DNA of 64,000 nucleotides from an uncultured bacterium (GCA_964434115.1 CAYSSX010000004.1:81684-145683), one strand, 5' to 3'; positions 42,601 to 47,697 are shown, counted from the stretch's first letter. Notes: generated by a model from the sequence alone, not told the origin. Numbers and translations: made by a program.

Positions 42601-43649
42601 TCGAAGAGGATTCTGGAATCCAATTCGTTTTCCATGACCTTGCGGGCCGCGGCATAAACCGTCTGAGGGTAATCCTTCAAGGAGATTCCTGAGGATTTAG
42701 CCTCGACCAGAAATTTTTCTACAATACGGCGGGGTATTTCTTCTCCGGCGCCGGTATTCTGAGAAAGCGTTTTGGACTCGATGAAGGCAAGGAAATTTTT
42801 AGCGGGCTGGTTTGCCGGGAATTGGGTTTCAAGTTCCAGGGTCTCGGATTTTAGCTTTTCCTCGCTGCGTTTCTTTTCAAGCTCTGTAATTAAAACAAGG
42901 CGCGTCAGCTGCGGCCAGCCAAATTGGGCAAAAGGGGTTTGAAAATCAACAGCCAAGCGGGTCTGAGCCTCGGCCTGCAAAAATTTCACAGTGGCCAGGA
43001 AATCACGCCGCCCGGCATTAAAGTTCAGCCATTGCTCAAGAAGATCACGGGTTTCCGGAGGCAGCACCTTGGAGGCTGTTTTCTCAAGCGCCATTCGGCG
43101 CTGCTCCAGGACCTCTTCATTTTTATCAAGACTTCCGAGGACTTTCTTAAATCCCATGAACGAGGCTTTATAGGCCTCAGCATCTTCAACCCCAAAGGCT
43201 TCCAGTCCTCCATCCAGCAAGGCAAGGTCAACACCCGTGGCTTCCCCTTTTTGAACCAGCCGGTCTACGGCCTCGGTGTTTCTCTCCGCCCCTTGAACAA
43301 ATTTCAAATACTCGGGATGCAGTTTTCCACTGCCGCCTTCGGCAAACAAAAGATCGGTCCCGTATTGCTCTTTAAGAAACCGGACAATACTTTTGATTTT
43401 ATGCGCGGTCTCGTAATGACCGTGCAGGGTTTTGATTTGAAAAATAAGCGGGGCTTCCGGGTTTTGTTCCGGATAATCAAGAGACTCTACGGTTCCCAGG
43501 TCCGCGGGAAGCTGAACGGAAAGAGTGGCTTGGGTTTCAGCGGGTAGGACAGAGGGAAAACTGGAAAAATCGGCCCAAACAGCTTCCTTTGATATAAAGG
43601 AAAGAAGCACCAAAAGGCCAATCGCTTTTTTCATTGGGGGGGTTAGCAT
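27663..43649 (-). CDS. Giant 5328-aa multi-enzyme polyprotein with N-terminal signal/anchor peptide and eleven RSELR motifs separating enzyme modules
   Basis: Uninterrupted 15,987-nt ORF with an AGGAG SD 3 nt before the ATG. Modules: N-terminal hydrophobic region MKKAIGLLVLLSFISKEAVWA; MTase motifs LDAGHGTGA (~41.8 kb), VLDIGSGTGY (~39.94 kb), VEYGAGAGTLWDW plus LKPGGKLIVGLD (~34 kb), LKPGGILIMAFE (~29.4 kb); HAD-IIB motifs FVSDNTGT and IVIGDGDND (~40.45 kb); NagB-like FATGNTQ and GKGHFAFNEAGTP (~38.70 kb); LmbE-like HIGPHLDDLSL (~38.03 kb); P-loop GIGGAIGSGKTT (~33.08 kb); DUF218-like VVLGNPYEG...IVIVGKGG (~29.1 kb). Confidence 0.85.
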   Translation of the reverse strand: MLTPPMKKAIGLLVLLSFISKEAVWADFSSFPSVLPAETQATLSVQLPADLGTVESLDYPEQNPEAPLIFQIKTLHGHYETAHKIKSIVRFLKEQYGTDLLFAEGGSGKLHPEYLKFVQGAERNTEAVDRLVQKGEATGVDLALLDGGLEAFGVEDAEAYKASFMGFKKVLGSLDKNEEVLEQRRMALEKTASKVLPPETRDLLEQWLNFNAGRRDFLATVKFLQAEAQTRLAVDFQTPFAQFGWPQLTRLVLITELEKKRSEEKLKSETLELETQFPANQPAKNFLAFIESKTLSQNTGAGEEIPRRIVEKFLVEAKSSGISLKDYPQTVYAAARKVMENELDSRILFEEMERLFEELLEKEMNTPEQREIVRNYQNLMLTRKLLRLEMSPRDWENWQGAKTSAIEPSLAESLETAEAFYQGMSRREEAFLDRMAEGLKKRRQKTAVLVTGGFHGAGMKERLRERGMGLVVITPHVSGDLGNDLYHKIMMRSAGLEQTVLANDPAASLAQGWDVAGQSSAIRQALREEGFEVDMKGPYFSAVQESLSKRSELRSLNSPFAEEDRGWDGIVRKYGINGKITGTRDAEGNPIGKFASTPSPYVDFVFAALGLPSKGPALVLDAGHGTGALLGRLASRALKLNPEIRFAGVEGSPDHFKASQAIHSQALKKNLIKPGQINLMRGNFNDRKDLFREASVVVYAEAGSGDLNAFAETLRELRPGARLVTIGEDASAPEKLRELLTSNGDFDVRANEGFPRITVYTRRSELRTGDTQNGYELVEKELDVRSLFPADQQDKPLNQIVFVSDNTGTMVQGYGDPLSGTILEDSIKLLGRDGFFLLVNSGDPLKDLAERTYTPLLDGISGSGREHFHIVADGGSRRIGFAADASVRYREELDSWPKARRFEYAKALAEAFYQELKKRQGFLAEALKDTPDSKIDAIRDERMAALEAIGPEAWGEKQADEAKYIFDLLPQDFLKGWGRVFVYDVGPKVSFDAPSLRDLLPAEFTPGIMTEVQKKYPPGTEDLYVVSVPGAVDMARVSKIEGVSKTLNEQIYRQLDPKQPLLMIVIGDGDNDIPTFSLKGPAGFSHAVVPVFLRSLPSYASRLPEGTFIANDKMAGTAQVLDHLAKHAGKMISEIPPLRLRQWVRSELRTGAAGVNQQASTAPSLTREDLLGLKFLDASRRAMGDRDQILVEVEGIPEGIYVHRNVFNPAIKNVSSPLLGQVLEINPGDRVLDIGSGTGYQGIIAVKKGAGHVLATDVSDEAVSNIEHNIQHLGLKGKLEARKSDLFEAVSPEEKFDLIIFSPPLLAGRPSSILERSIYDDQRDVLKRFFEEASRYLAPGGRIQMIFSQSDMEDLRELVDGAWSIEVLETKTYEGRNQGYNLLKLERISAAETTRSELRTENAEAIGLDGRLKGLDLYEKVFSQAPDTTLRVGRDIAHTGALQAAAIIKGIQGKRKAYDAAGQKDRDVFIIFATGNTQWLGLTTLASILDSWGSWDDETRQLLTANGVDLSDKPDMGRIFATHLDTIFPQSRDDYYSYANELHNMFDKLGISREKRRMFYGDVKNDLIEPGADNKMDKAEFEKVQASIDQEGLKLDEFLKGQLAQDHPQYAYLEAVNRYTKKMAEFVLAKGPDIALFSAGPSYEGKGHFAFNEAGTPFDQGLVMSLLSYHAAAGNIKDRGGMQHFRTPSGEIKIGGATLGPKEIRSSHPIFITIINGKEKRESVRSLVERTADIQYPMTALQIGAPGSVLIMESASGSTLRYFTNTWDFVEIPAREWNADLQAKLFVRLSKETGKPVSALTIDDWLQSPGKDQTEIAAIRTKNLIALTTLQPWEVLRDEVVKTLNKDPLKSEQVPARLGLRPGDEIVHIGPHLDDLSLAAQFLVSEFSKQGHRLYSYYTAPGYTAVSDEYVLSALGTLKNFRVDELAALAEETRSVFAFKQSEEKYLRQLIKVLAARDLAYDPMDYDTWSQMPAEEQKLRAKLLFLRLNFESSLKGQLSSPERISALRDALEIYIQAKPHWGSSEIVVMQKLKVALRFVEEQTELMSRGVGYDDIFFPFQSSWYALERKGTARQSDIDVIKDVIRSKKPRMVIVNGEGFMDHGAHSITEMTVKVAVKELYEEGALPDGFRMFFYRGVWDRAEITGRPDQILVALGEEELEENKSSFVRNYPSQAPALVPDASVKEPMFFSDQVVTNARETLAEWAGLNGRKTDDPALQGILAFDMIDFKSRTAVESFLAEVVAKKTELDRVQIPINRASLSKIIGSAPPYADLSGQPGEKFLSVLAAAGFPFETVLTKEEIEKTKVEVRSELRSDENEWKAGDQVRDTQFLDTVYTIESIDSSAGKVRFTSGLEVSERQLGMRFVRVSPAALSLLPPAEQEFRDKAAAAGLHAGDRYGLGPAVYTLLEAVNHPQYGWAFLFRVEKSGQATEQGYLIPDYFQQFKLAARLIVDAEFTVQQEPAPEAEVYAPVVSKPADQGLIKKHLEGERAADLTADEELWNLLPEEVREKIERVIAEYRDQWKAGDIEREDGFSDEKRAVKIAWKGTIRGEEIDGIIVSGVLFNRDNIGEDFRGLNWGSSSAGTEDLDEETIRESAISVHVAADGRPDLRPAAFAQKGGHGGKTAAKKFANARTVLPQKGLRTPVAVGFALYTPDHIKKDGEPLGAFISAHRQSEKRFKTYQEKAVNGLLRGYANAMADVKRRALTTFQITYFDPAQVIPELLKENNIDQLSEVYGRELRKVVDAGLYPHSPHFANFEADPSGRLPTTWHDLGGWEIREDLTPEQAFGYAYMTLTYAMLNLKIRFGNRLEEFYKAGYINPYQAFFKGFFHDQLENPDFNLNDFKLDHDGRSSLEYAAYDVVYRDAPQTLSPLYKRLDQPFVKVLRTVMGMPVTSEERSSFKPDSGSRMTRPRPISSNVLDEEWEDGEGVAVHQMYERARQSVGMDALGPQFVQEYIVPELKALVAPEDIEGVVEYGAGAGTLWDWAHDGFADWYPGNPRYPSWIQTDMNMDALRYSRGRVKKVIPVDLRHEPIPFKDKAAAVSWAGLDTLPVPELPAVIRDIAATLKPGGKLIVGLDMGSSITTEVYEAQRNGWVAFPYFTEIAPGEWRPTGMMTIDWNLMKRKFQPKAGETAVWGMIRQYMTVYTARPSSPEAAVSQALQSEGGTANLKVISQWLAEKSRETQTLKHVAVSRPALHLERVKRAAEAAGFSIQSAGEISKTYLIDRSAIPGLHPAVNHILYSEGMVVQQVTRGIEKGKVRVDAKFHLLTAVKTGEPKETLAYTPLGIAALNGGRLEGSRPLVYQMAKLLSSPVTVAGKEEVRISEAKAIEIIEGVIREALKSDKVTKPRKRFDEAAAVKAIAKDLAGIFGKLNEREVNNAFIKARLGFTQAGYGASIAGRLNEALGRSELRAEDAELWSALIEIAEGRTPRAEELEKLETLLDQDPAQSVTAQYFGTDKQKIVADRIEVLRKVWPSFREFWKTQVLREDVAIDSLWRVYLPLAQWVLAEKRSRRPDELFVLGIGGAIGSGKTTLSRVMALLLNEMLDDSEGQAVARSLDDYYLPKDVREKLREKGYAPGMKVNRALPGTQDVAWIERNIREMEQSGPDTVVELPRFSKLKDDHETPDTIKGKIGVFVFEGWLNGANTDIDVSQVEPGLKRVVAEELQKYKPVFDRFDGFFAFPRPTVERMIAGRIQQDEHQARTSGRREFTDEQIGALIRYWEVDHWQPPVTSPSPKNETTTLWIEAEESRNITTVRAGGKWNPRSELRNLEEKKQGWLREELGLSEEVVMALASGDSVRWRMRDLHALLSKRYLGKLSTLTAAGGSASFAYALGIAEPYKKEIERIYDQFLGYAEKTSEALGLTDFRMLNAVYEKLSAYNGQPVVKLSERPVLQRTFLRELPARVAAFDTSRIPQTIEGKEHLAVFLKDTAVKADDEAVRQNLLAWLRLPDSKGLTWNLPVFRSQFLELFPEFDAPRMDHGFLLWTLDLAAEFAQEDDARGSRFGGVDTSVGQSFGFTREKSTRKMRALRESLAELAITKQRFENPEVIPAPEDDAYQPAALGQIQDLRKIRVLEALSSETGRRIEAADVLDELGSLELRWSIPEFYRKHSSIVWLKTRGYHTFFYAARMEIPMRRILRERYDRYAGNMKLVAESFGMDPKAMRDFYSAMGMDPSLLYVRPGHFLQLLGQEKQAYLDRIQKQGWQVLASLKEEVLTQANAKLSSSGNPQLTLKNISHADVVWGLDLTDEFLKELKRLRKSESMTMLQASRAFGFTGDKSLSLTLLKRVEEGILAHLKEEKELSGYVFEVEDLRMRLRKAYEKDLSATVRIKRSSDGVWETLRSGYYFESHGGESAFVSTTVSSVLGKVKGPYRITLQGTFFLVEQAVRPAAIEESAEPDTRSELRTSSLGFDKDEEVLKAQAGLEILESLIEKGQGASRLSDFRALHALLEPVRVKLLKTRRNFSEKDIENEVVQFGTRNAFLKSYGFPDAQAQVFIDGLRAIARLSRIDRKLAVSYAEKWFEAIHIQVLRTEEPRQILIQIFGEWPVWADSVEKAADGLTRGGSLPEVQGGFRDHDWRSAGVRAEAGKVVIEKAGRTVFSAAFDELYSSAETRRNFRHALRVLLESKRYDYQRSELRAEAIQPASPVFAAQFRNYSLPAEVREQQNQQPEKPVTVLTPDAGFSADSREAALYLALPDVLANHAVLGLADFDSQDGMLLTKPSDLKDTAILKSWFLVPRSIDETLKTQLFQQLKPGGILIMAFEEGIVPDPAQFGDQAKAVLPPEIANAVYGTVKTQVKRRDDVIPYVMIQKARSELRSESAAAEESAAKLLFRHLAAESKDIPADHALVVLGNPYEGYAEAVVKKARELNSPEIVIVGKGGAAEPERVRLRREILALDPALASKIKGFDSVDESMHTGMNVTSLAQAVKDGAVQSQNFVLTQIPTGGLLSLRIFQHQWKQNAETMGLSLKTPGFYFTPVEYPFDVEAPLTDSKEERFYLEHAVGQIDRLKTWPLNPNPPLVLKEGDLTPEILTAAETVRAFLTRSELRDFAPGSLDIPAVRLPFIAAPTGRDAYDTALMLGGIADPSWDSAVLNDYRLALRGAVETYYRNEGGEGFQNQVENIQALLRDSKQVIALFAHIRDASKREALEQIFDTARFLIGTNQAKAHYVVLTVDRDEDAEPLREKLLEFLKTEYPGDAAVRNQIYSRMPIVTASNRLTGSLIPKGALSAWVDWTADGDSEGVIPEPARETRIQADRLPGGALLKFDEKNRGYGVSLLQAAVLLLQGAEESRLQQLKSGLFVQASSSAFANLGQIFKALRSISASA
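28500..28514 (-). other. RSELR motif 11 (residues ~5046-5050)
   Basis: cgc tct gaa ctc agg. Confidence 0.8.
29193..29208 (-). other. RSELR motif 10 (residues ~4815-4819), coordinates within +/-1 nt
   Basis: cgt tct gaa ttg cgg. Confidence 0.75.
29733..29747 (-). other. RSELR motif 9 (residues ~4635-4639)
   Basis: cgc tcc gaa ctc aga. Confidence 0.8.
30432..30446 (-). other. RSELR motif 8 (residues ~4402-4406)
   Basis: cgc tct gaa ctc cgc. Confidence 0.8.
32343..32357 (-). other. RSELR motif 7 (residues ~3765-3769)
   Basis: cgt tca gag ctc agg. Confidence 0.8.
33417..33431 (-). other. RSELR motif 6 (residues ~3407-3411)
   Basis: cgg tcg gag ctt cgt. Confidence 0.8.
36711..36725 (-). other. 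RSELR motif 5 (residues ~2309-2313)
   Basis: cgc tcc gag ctt cgt. Confidence 0.8.
39453..39467 (-). other. RSELR motif 4 (residues ~1395-1399)
   Basis: cgc tct gaa ttg agg. Confidence 0.8.
40203..40217 (-). other. RSELR motif 3 (residues ~1145-1149)
   Basis: cgc tcg gaa ctc cga. Confidence 0.8.
41343..41357 (-). other. RSELR motif 2 (residues ~765-769)
   Basis: cgc tct gag ctg cgg. Confidence 0.8.
41988..42002 (-). other. RSELR motif 1 (residues ~550-554) in the polyprotein
   Basis: Codons cga tct gag ctc aga, read directly from the sequence. Confidence 0.8.
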
Positions 43650-43868
43650 AAACTCCTGAAAAAGTTTTTAAAAAGACCGGATAGTGGATGAAAAAATACC
43701 TGATGAAAAAAGCTCTGTCAAAAAAAGAATTGCCATTCCCGTGAACACTGAAAGCAAAAATCAAAGAAAGCCAAGAATGCTAGTGATTGATCGTCTTGGA
43801 GCAGTCTTCTCAAGAAAGGATTTTACCGTTTTTAAAACAACGCTGAAAACCTCCTCCGGACACCGTAT

Positions 43869-43897
43869 TTGACACCCGGCCCCCGAGTGACTATGAT
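43869..43897 (+). promoter_or_regulatory. Near-consensus sigma70 promoter TTGACA-17nt-TATGAT driving the GT2 gene, divergent from the giant ORF
   Basis: -35 TTGACA at 43869-43874, 17-nt spacer, -10 TATGAT at 43892-43897, ATG at 43942. Confidence 0.5.
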
Positions 43898-43941
43898 CTC
43901 CTCGCCTTTCGTAATTTGCCCTATAACCCCCCGGGGTCCGG

Positions 43942-44889
43942 ATGACCGATTCAAAATTAATCAGTGTTGTAGCACCCATCTTCAATGAAGAGCAGACCCT
44001 TCCTGAGTTTCTGACCCGTGTTTCTGCGGCCTTGAGCAGCTACCCTTTTGAACTCATTATCGTGGATGACGGAAGCAGCGACTCCTCCTGGACCCTTATT
44101 CAGGAGGCGGCCCGCAAAAACCCCGCCATCCAGGGACTTCGCTTTTCCCGAAACTTCGGTCACCAGCCGGCCTTGAGCGCGGGGCTGGGCCAGGCCCGGG
44201 GTGATGCCGTGGTCCTGATTGACGGCGATTTACAGGATCCTCCCGAAATCATTCCACTGATGATTGAAAAATGGCGGGCCGGCGCGGATGTGGTTTACGG
44301 AGTCCGCACGGAACGCAAGGGAGAAACCGCTTTTAAAAAAATGACGGCCTCTCTTTTTTACCAGGTCATCAACCGCATTAGCCATGTGAAGATCCCGCTT
44401 GAAACCGGCGATTTCCGGCTTTTGTCGCGGCGTTCGGCGGACGCGCTTAAAAACCTTCCGGAAAGGGTCCGCTTCATGCGCGGCCTGACCAGCTGGGTCG
44501 GATTCAAACAGGAAGAGATTCTTTATTCCCGGGACCCGCGATTCGGAGGAGAAACCAAATTTTCCTTTTTCAAAATGCTGAAGTTCGCGCTCGACGGCAT
44601 CACGTCTTTCACGGCTGTGCCGCTGCAGATGGCGACCTACCTTGGGCTTTTCATGAGCGCTGCGGCTGCGCTCTTCGCGGTCTATTCCCTTGCGGTATGG
44701 GTTTTTACTTCAGCGCCGGTGAAGGGCTGGACTTCCCTTTTACTCGTGGTCGTCATGCTTGGCGGCATACAGCTCATCATGATCGGACTCATCGGGGAAT
44801 ACATTGCGCGGATTTATGAAGAGGTGAAGCAGCGGCCCCTTTACCTTATTTCAGAGACGGCGGGAGAAGGCGGTAAGAAAGGTATTTAG
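43942..44889 (+). CDS. GT2 polyprenyl-phosphate glycosyltransferase (ArnC/GtrB/DPM1-like) with C-terminal TM helices
   Basis: N-terminal VVAPIFNEE...IIVDDGSSDSS, DxD-type VLIDGDLQD, two C-terminal TM helices typical of GtrB/ArnC. Confidence 0.8.
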   Translation: MTDSKLISVVAPIFNEEQTLPEFLTRVSAALSSYPFELIIVDDGSSDSSWTLIQEAARKNPAIQGLRFSRNFGHQPALSAGLGQARGDAVVLIDGDLQDPPEIIPLMIEKWRAGADVVYGVRTERKGETAFKKMTASLFYQVINRISHVKIPLETGDFRLLSRRSADALKNLPERVRFMRGLTSWVGFKQEEILYSRDPRFGGETKFSFFKMLKFALDGITSFTAVPLQMATYLGLFMSAAAALFAVYSLAVWVFTSAPVKGWTSLLLVVVMLGGIQLIMIGLIGEYIARIYEEVKQRPLYLISETAGEGGKKGI

Positions 44890-45460
44890 CGATTTTAGTA
44901 TTGGCGTAGTGAATCAGACGCGTCTCGGCTTTCCAGCCCGATTTTCGAATCAAGGCGTCCCACCCCTCTTCATCCCGGACATATTCTCCCCGGTCAAGCT
45001 TACAGAGCAGGTTATTAACCACGTGATACCGGGAATAAACTCCATCCAGGGTTACCACGCAGCCCGAAACAACTTTCGCCAGGCACTCCAGAAGTTCAAG
45101 GCACGCTTCATCCGGCAGATGATGAAGAATCCCGTAAAGCACGGCTTTGGTCGGGCGGACCTTTGAAAAATCATACTCCCGGATGTCGGCCAATGCGAAC
45201 GAAGTTCGGGGCAAATTTTTCCTGCGGGCAATTTCAATGACTTTCGGATCATGATCGAAGCCCAGATATTCTTTGTAGACCGTTTTCTCCGCGATAAAGC
45301 CCGTTCCGCAGCCCACATCCAGCAGAACGTCTTCACTTCCGGAATCCAGCAGTTTCAAAAGGGGCGGCGTTGGAAGCCCTCCCAGAAAAATAATGCGCAG
45401 GCCTTTATAGAGAAGCGGCCGGCTAAAGAGCAGATGGGAGATTTTTTTTAAATGCTTCAT
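44846..45460 (-). CDS. Class I SAM-dependent methyltransferase
   Basis: Motif I LLDVGCGTGF. Confidence 0.55.
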   Translation of the reverse strand: MKHLKKISHLLFSRPLLYKGLRIIFLGGLPTPPLLKLLDSGSEDVLLDVGCGTGFIAEKTVYKEYLGFDHDPKVIEIARRKNLPRTSFALADIREYDFSKVRPTKAVLYGILHHLPDEACLELLECLAKVVSGCVVTLDGVYSRYHVVNNLLCKLDRGEYVRDEEGWDALIRKSGWKAETRLIHYANTKIAKYLSYRLLPPSLK

Positions 45461-46887
45461 GCCGCCGGCGCCCCTTTATCAGGCTTGCGAGAAAACGTCT
45501 TGTGAAAAAAATACAGGGTGACCGCGAAAAAAAACGGGTCCATGGGAAACCGGTATTTGGCAAAGGGATTGAGGATGGCATGAAGCCCGATCCAGGCAGC
45601 GATCAAAAGGAAAAAGAAAATAAATTCGCGGTTTTTAAAAAGACCGCGCGCGCCTGTCAAAAAGCCTGAGAAAAACAGAAACAGGAATCCGTAAAGAAAC
45701 ACATTGTGAAAAAGCCGCTCCAGAAAAGTCAGGGCCCGCACGGCGCCGGCCGGAGGGATCCGCCCGGTTCTTTGATTCAGGGGCGCGTGGAGGTTCACCG
45801 CCCATTCAAAGTTGTCAGGACTCATAAGCCAAAGGGTTTTTTGCGTCATGAGCACAAGGAAATCCACGGGGTTTTCAAGGACCCATTTCTTGGCCATGGC
45901 CCAGCCGATCACATGCGCCTCGGCCTCATTCTTCACGTGATGAAACTCCTCGGAATAATACCGCTCCCCTTTTTCAGGAACGCGCGTGATGTCGCCCCGC
46001 GAATAAGGGTTCAGCATGCTGTAGACAAACCCGCCCGTGGCCGTGTAGTAAATAGGAATGCCCCAAACCCTGTAATTGCGGGCCGCCCAGGGAAGGTTCA
46101 CCGCAAGCAGAAGCGCCATCATCAAAGCGCATTTCATGAGCCAGGAAATTTTGCCGCGAAAATAGCACAGCCCCCAGAACGCCGCGAGAACCGGCATCAT
46201 GATGGACTGCGTTCTTACCACGGTTGAAACACCCCAAAGAAGACCAAGCCCTGCCGCCTTTTTCCAGCTCAGTGCCCCCGCATTCCGCAGAAGAATTTCG
46301 AGGCTCCAAAACCAAAGCGGAATAAAAAGGTGTTCATCCAGAACAATGCCGGACGAAATCACGGCAGGCGGATAAACGGCCCAAAGAAAAGTCACAAGAT
46401 GGGTGATCCAAGGCACACCCAAAAACCGGACAAGCCGGAAGACCTGATAAATGACAAACGTGCTTAACAAAAGCTGAAGCCCCATCACCATCCATGGATG
46501 AACGCCAAAAACCCGGTACAGCAGCGCAATAAAAAAAATGTAGCCCACGGGCCGGCGTCCGCTCGGAGTCCCATCCTCATTGGTAAGCTCCTGGCCCTGA
46601 GAAGCGCTGATCGCCTGCAGATGAATAATGTCGGACTCATCCATATCCGGGTGTCCCCAATCCGAATAGGGCAATGTGGGTGCCAGTCCTATCCACAACA
46701 AACGCAGGAGAAATCCGGTCATGAGTGAAAAAGTCAGCACCTTATGCGGATTCAAAGCTGAAAGCCAGCCCATCATCTTTTGAGGCCAGGCGCGGGGAAG
46801 AAACATCAACGCGAAAAGAACGGCGAAGGTGAGAAGTCCTGTTTTACTTTTAAAGTAAGCGGACAGGTAAAAGAAGGTATCGCGCAT
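45457..46887 (-). CDS. GT-C family membrane glycosyltransferase (ArnT/PMT-like)
   Basis: 476 aa, ~11 TM helices, acidic DE-containing first periplasmic loop (HPDMDESD). Confidence 0.55.
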   Translation of the reverse strand: MRDTFFYLSAYFKSKTGLLTFAVLFALMFLPRAWPQKMMGWLSALNPHKVLTFSLMTGFLLRLLWIGLAPTLPYSDWGHPDMDESDIIHLQAISASQGQELTNEDGTPSGRRPVGYIFFIALLYRVFGVHPWMVMGLQLLLSTFVIYQVFRLVRFLGVPWITHLVTFLWAVYPPAVISSGIVLDEHLFIPLWFWSLEILLRNAGALSWKKAAGLGLLWGVSTVVRTQSIMMPVLAAFWGLCYFRGKISWLMKCALMMALLLAVNLPWAARNYRVWGIPIYYTATGGFVYSMLNPYSRGDITRVPEKGERYYSEEFHHVKNEAEAHVIGWAMAKKWVLENPVDFLVLMTQKTLWLMSPDNFEWAVNLHAPLNQRTGRIPPAGAVRALTFLERLFHNVFLYGFLFLFFSGFLTGARGLFKNREFIFFFLLIAAWIGLHAILNPFAKYRFPMDPFFFAVTLYFFHKTFSRKPDKGAPAA

Positions 46888-47697
46888 TTATTTTTTCAGG
46901 ATAAGGACCGTGTTCCAGCAATGGCGTTTAAAGTAGGGAAAGCGATTCAAAAAACGTTCATCCCAGGCGCGCAGTTTTTTCAGCAAAGGTTCATATTTCG
47001 CGGCTTCATCAAGGACTTTTTTCCAGTAGCGCACCTTTGAAGGATTCACCCATTCCACAAAAAAGAATTTGAAAAAGATGAGCAGGCTGAAAAACCAGAA
47101 CTCGCGGTGTTCAAGCGAGCTGAAGTACGCTTTAAGGCCCATCAAGCGGTCCCAGCTGAGCGGCGCTTCGGTCGGAGTCCGGACCTCTTTGGCAAGCACC
47201 CGGTAAACCGCAATCGCTGGGTTGTGGCTGAGGGGTTCGATAAACGCGGCGCTGCCGCCGGGTTTAAGAACGCGCGCGATTTCCTTCATGCACTGATCGA
47301 GATCAGCGAAGTGGTGTAAAGCCCCCAAACCAAAGACATGGTCAAAGGTGCTGTCGCTGAAACGCAGATGCTCTGCCTCCATCACGGCGCCCTCAATCTT
47401 GACGCCGTGCTTCAGGGCCAGGGTCCGCGCATTCTCAACGCAGGACGGCGAAATGTCGACCGCTGTCGCGAGAGCCCCCTGCTTCGCGAAATAAACCGCG
47501 GCTTCGCCGTTGCCGCAGCCCAAGTCCAAAATCTTTTTTCCGCGGATATTTCCGAAAGATTCCAGCGCAAAACGGTTTTCAAACGCGCTGTAGGACTCAA
47601 AGTAAATTTCAGGACGGATCGCGTTCAGATCCGTTTCCTGGGCCCACTTGTCGTGAAACTCCCGTTCAATTTTCTGGTTCTGCTCAATCTTATTCAT
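46888..47697 (-). CDS. Class I SAM-dependent methyltransferase
   Basis: Motif I ILDLGCGNGEAAVYFAKQGA. Confidence 0.65.
   Translation of the reverse strand: MNKIEQNQKIEREFHDKWAQETDLNAIRPEIYFESYSAFENRFALESFGNIRGKKILDLGCGNGEAAVYFAKQGALATAVDISPSCVENARTLALKHGVKIEGAVMEAEHLRFSDSTFDHVFGLGALHHFADLDQCMKEIARVLKPGGSAAFIEPLSHNPAIAVYRVLAKEVRTPTEAPLSWDRLMGLKAYFSSLEHREFWFFSLLIFFKFFFVEWVNPSKVRYWKKVLDEAAKYEPLLKKLRAWDERFLNRFPYFKRHCWNTVLILKK

Noticed and set aside
28776-43547. Long + strand ORFs inside the giant minus-strand gene (28776..29414, 29538..30128, 34011..34646, 34689..35366, 35682..36233, 38880..39719, 42924..43547)
   Set aside because: They are antisense to a continuous 16-kb ORF with clear domain content. 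Their translations are Arg/Ser/Pro-rich and low-complexity with no motifs, as expected of antisense artefacts in moderately GC-rich DNA.
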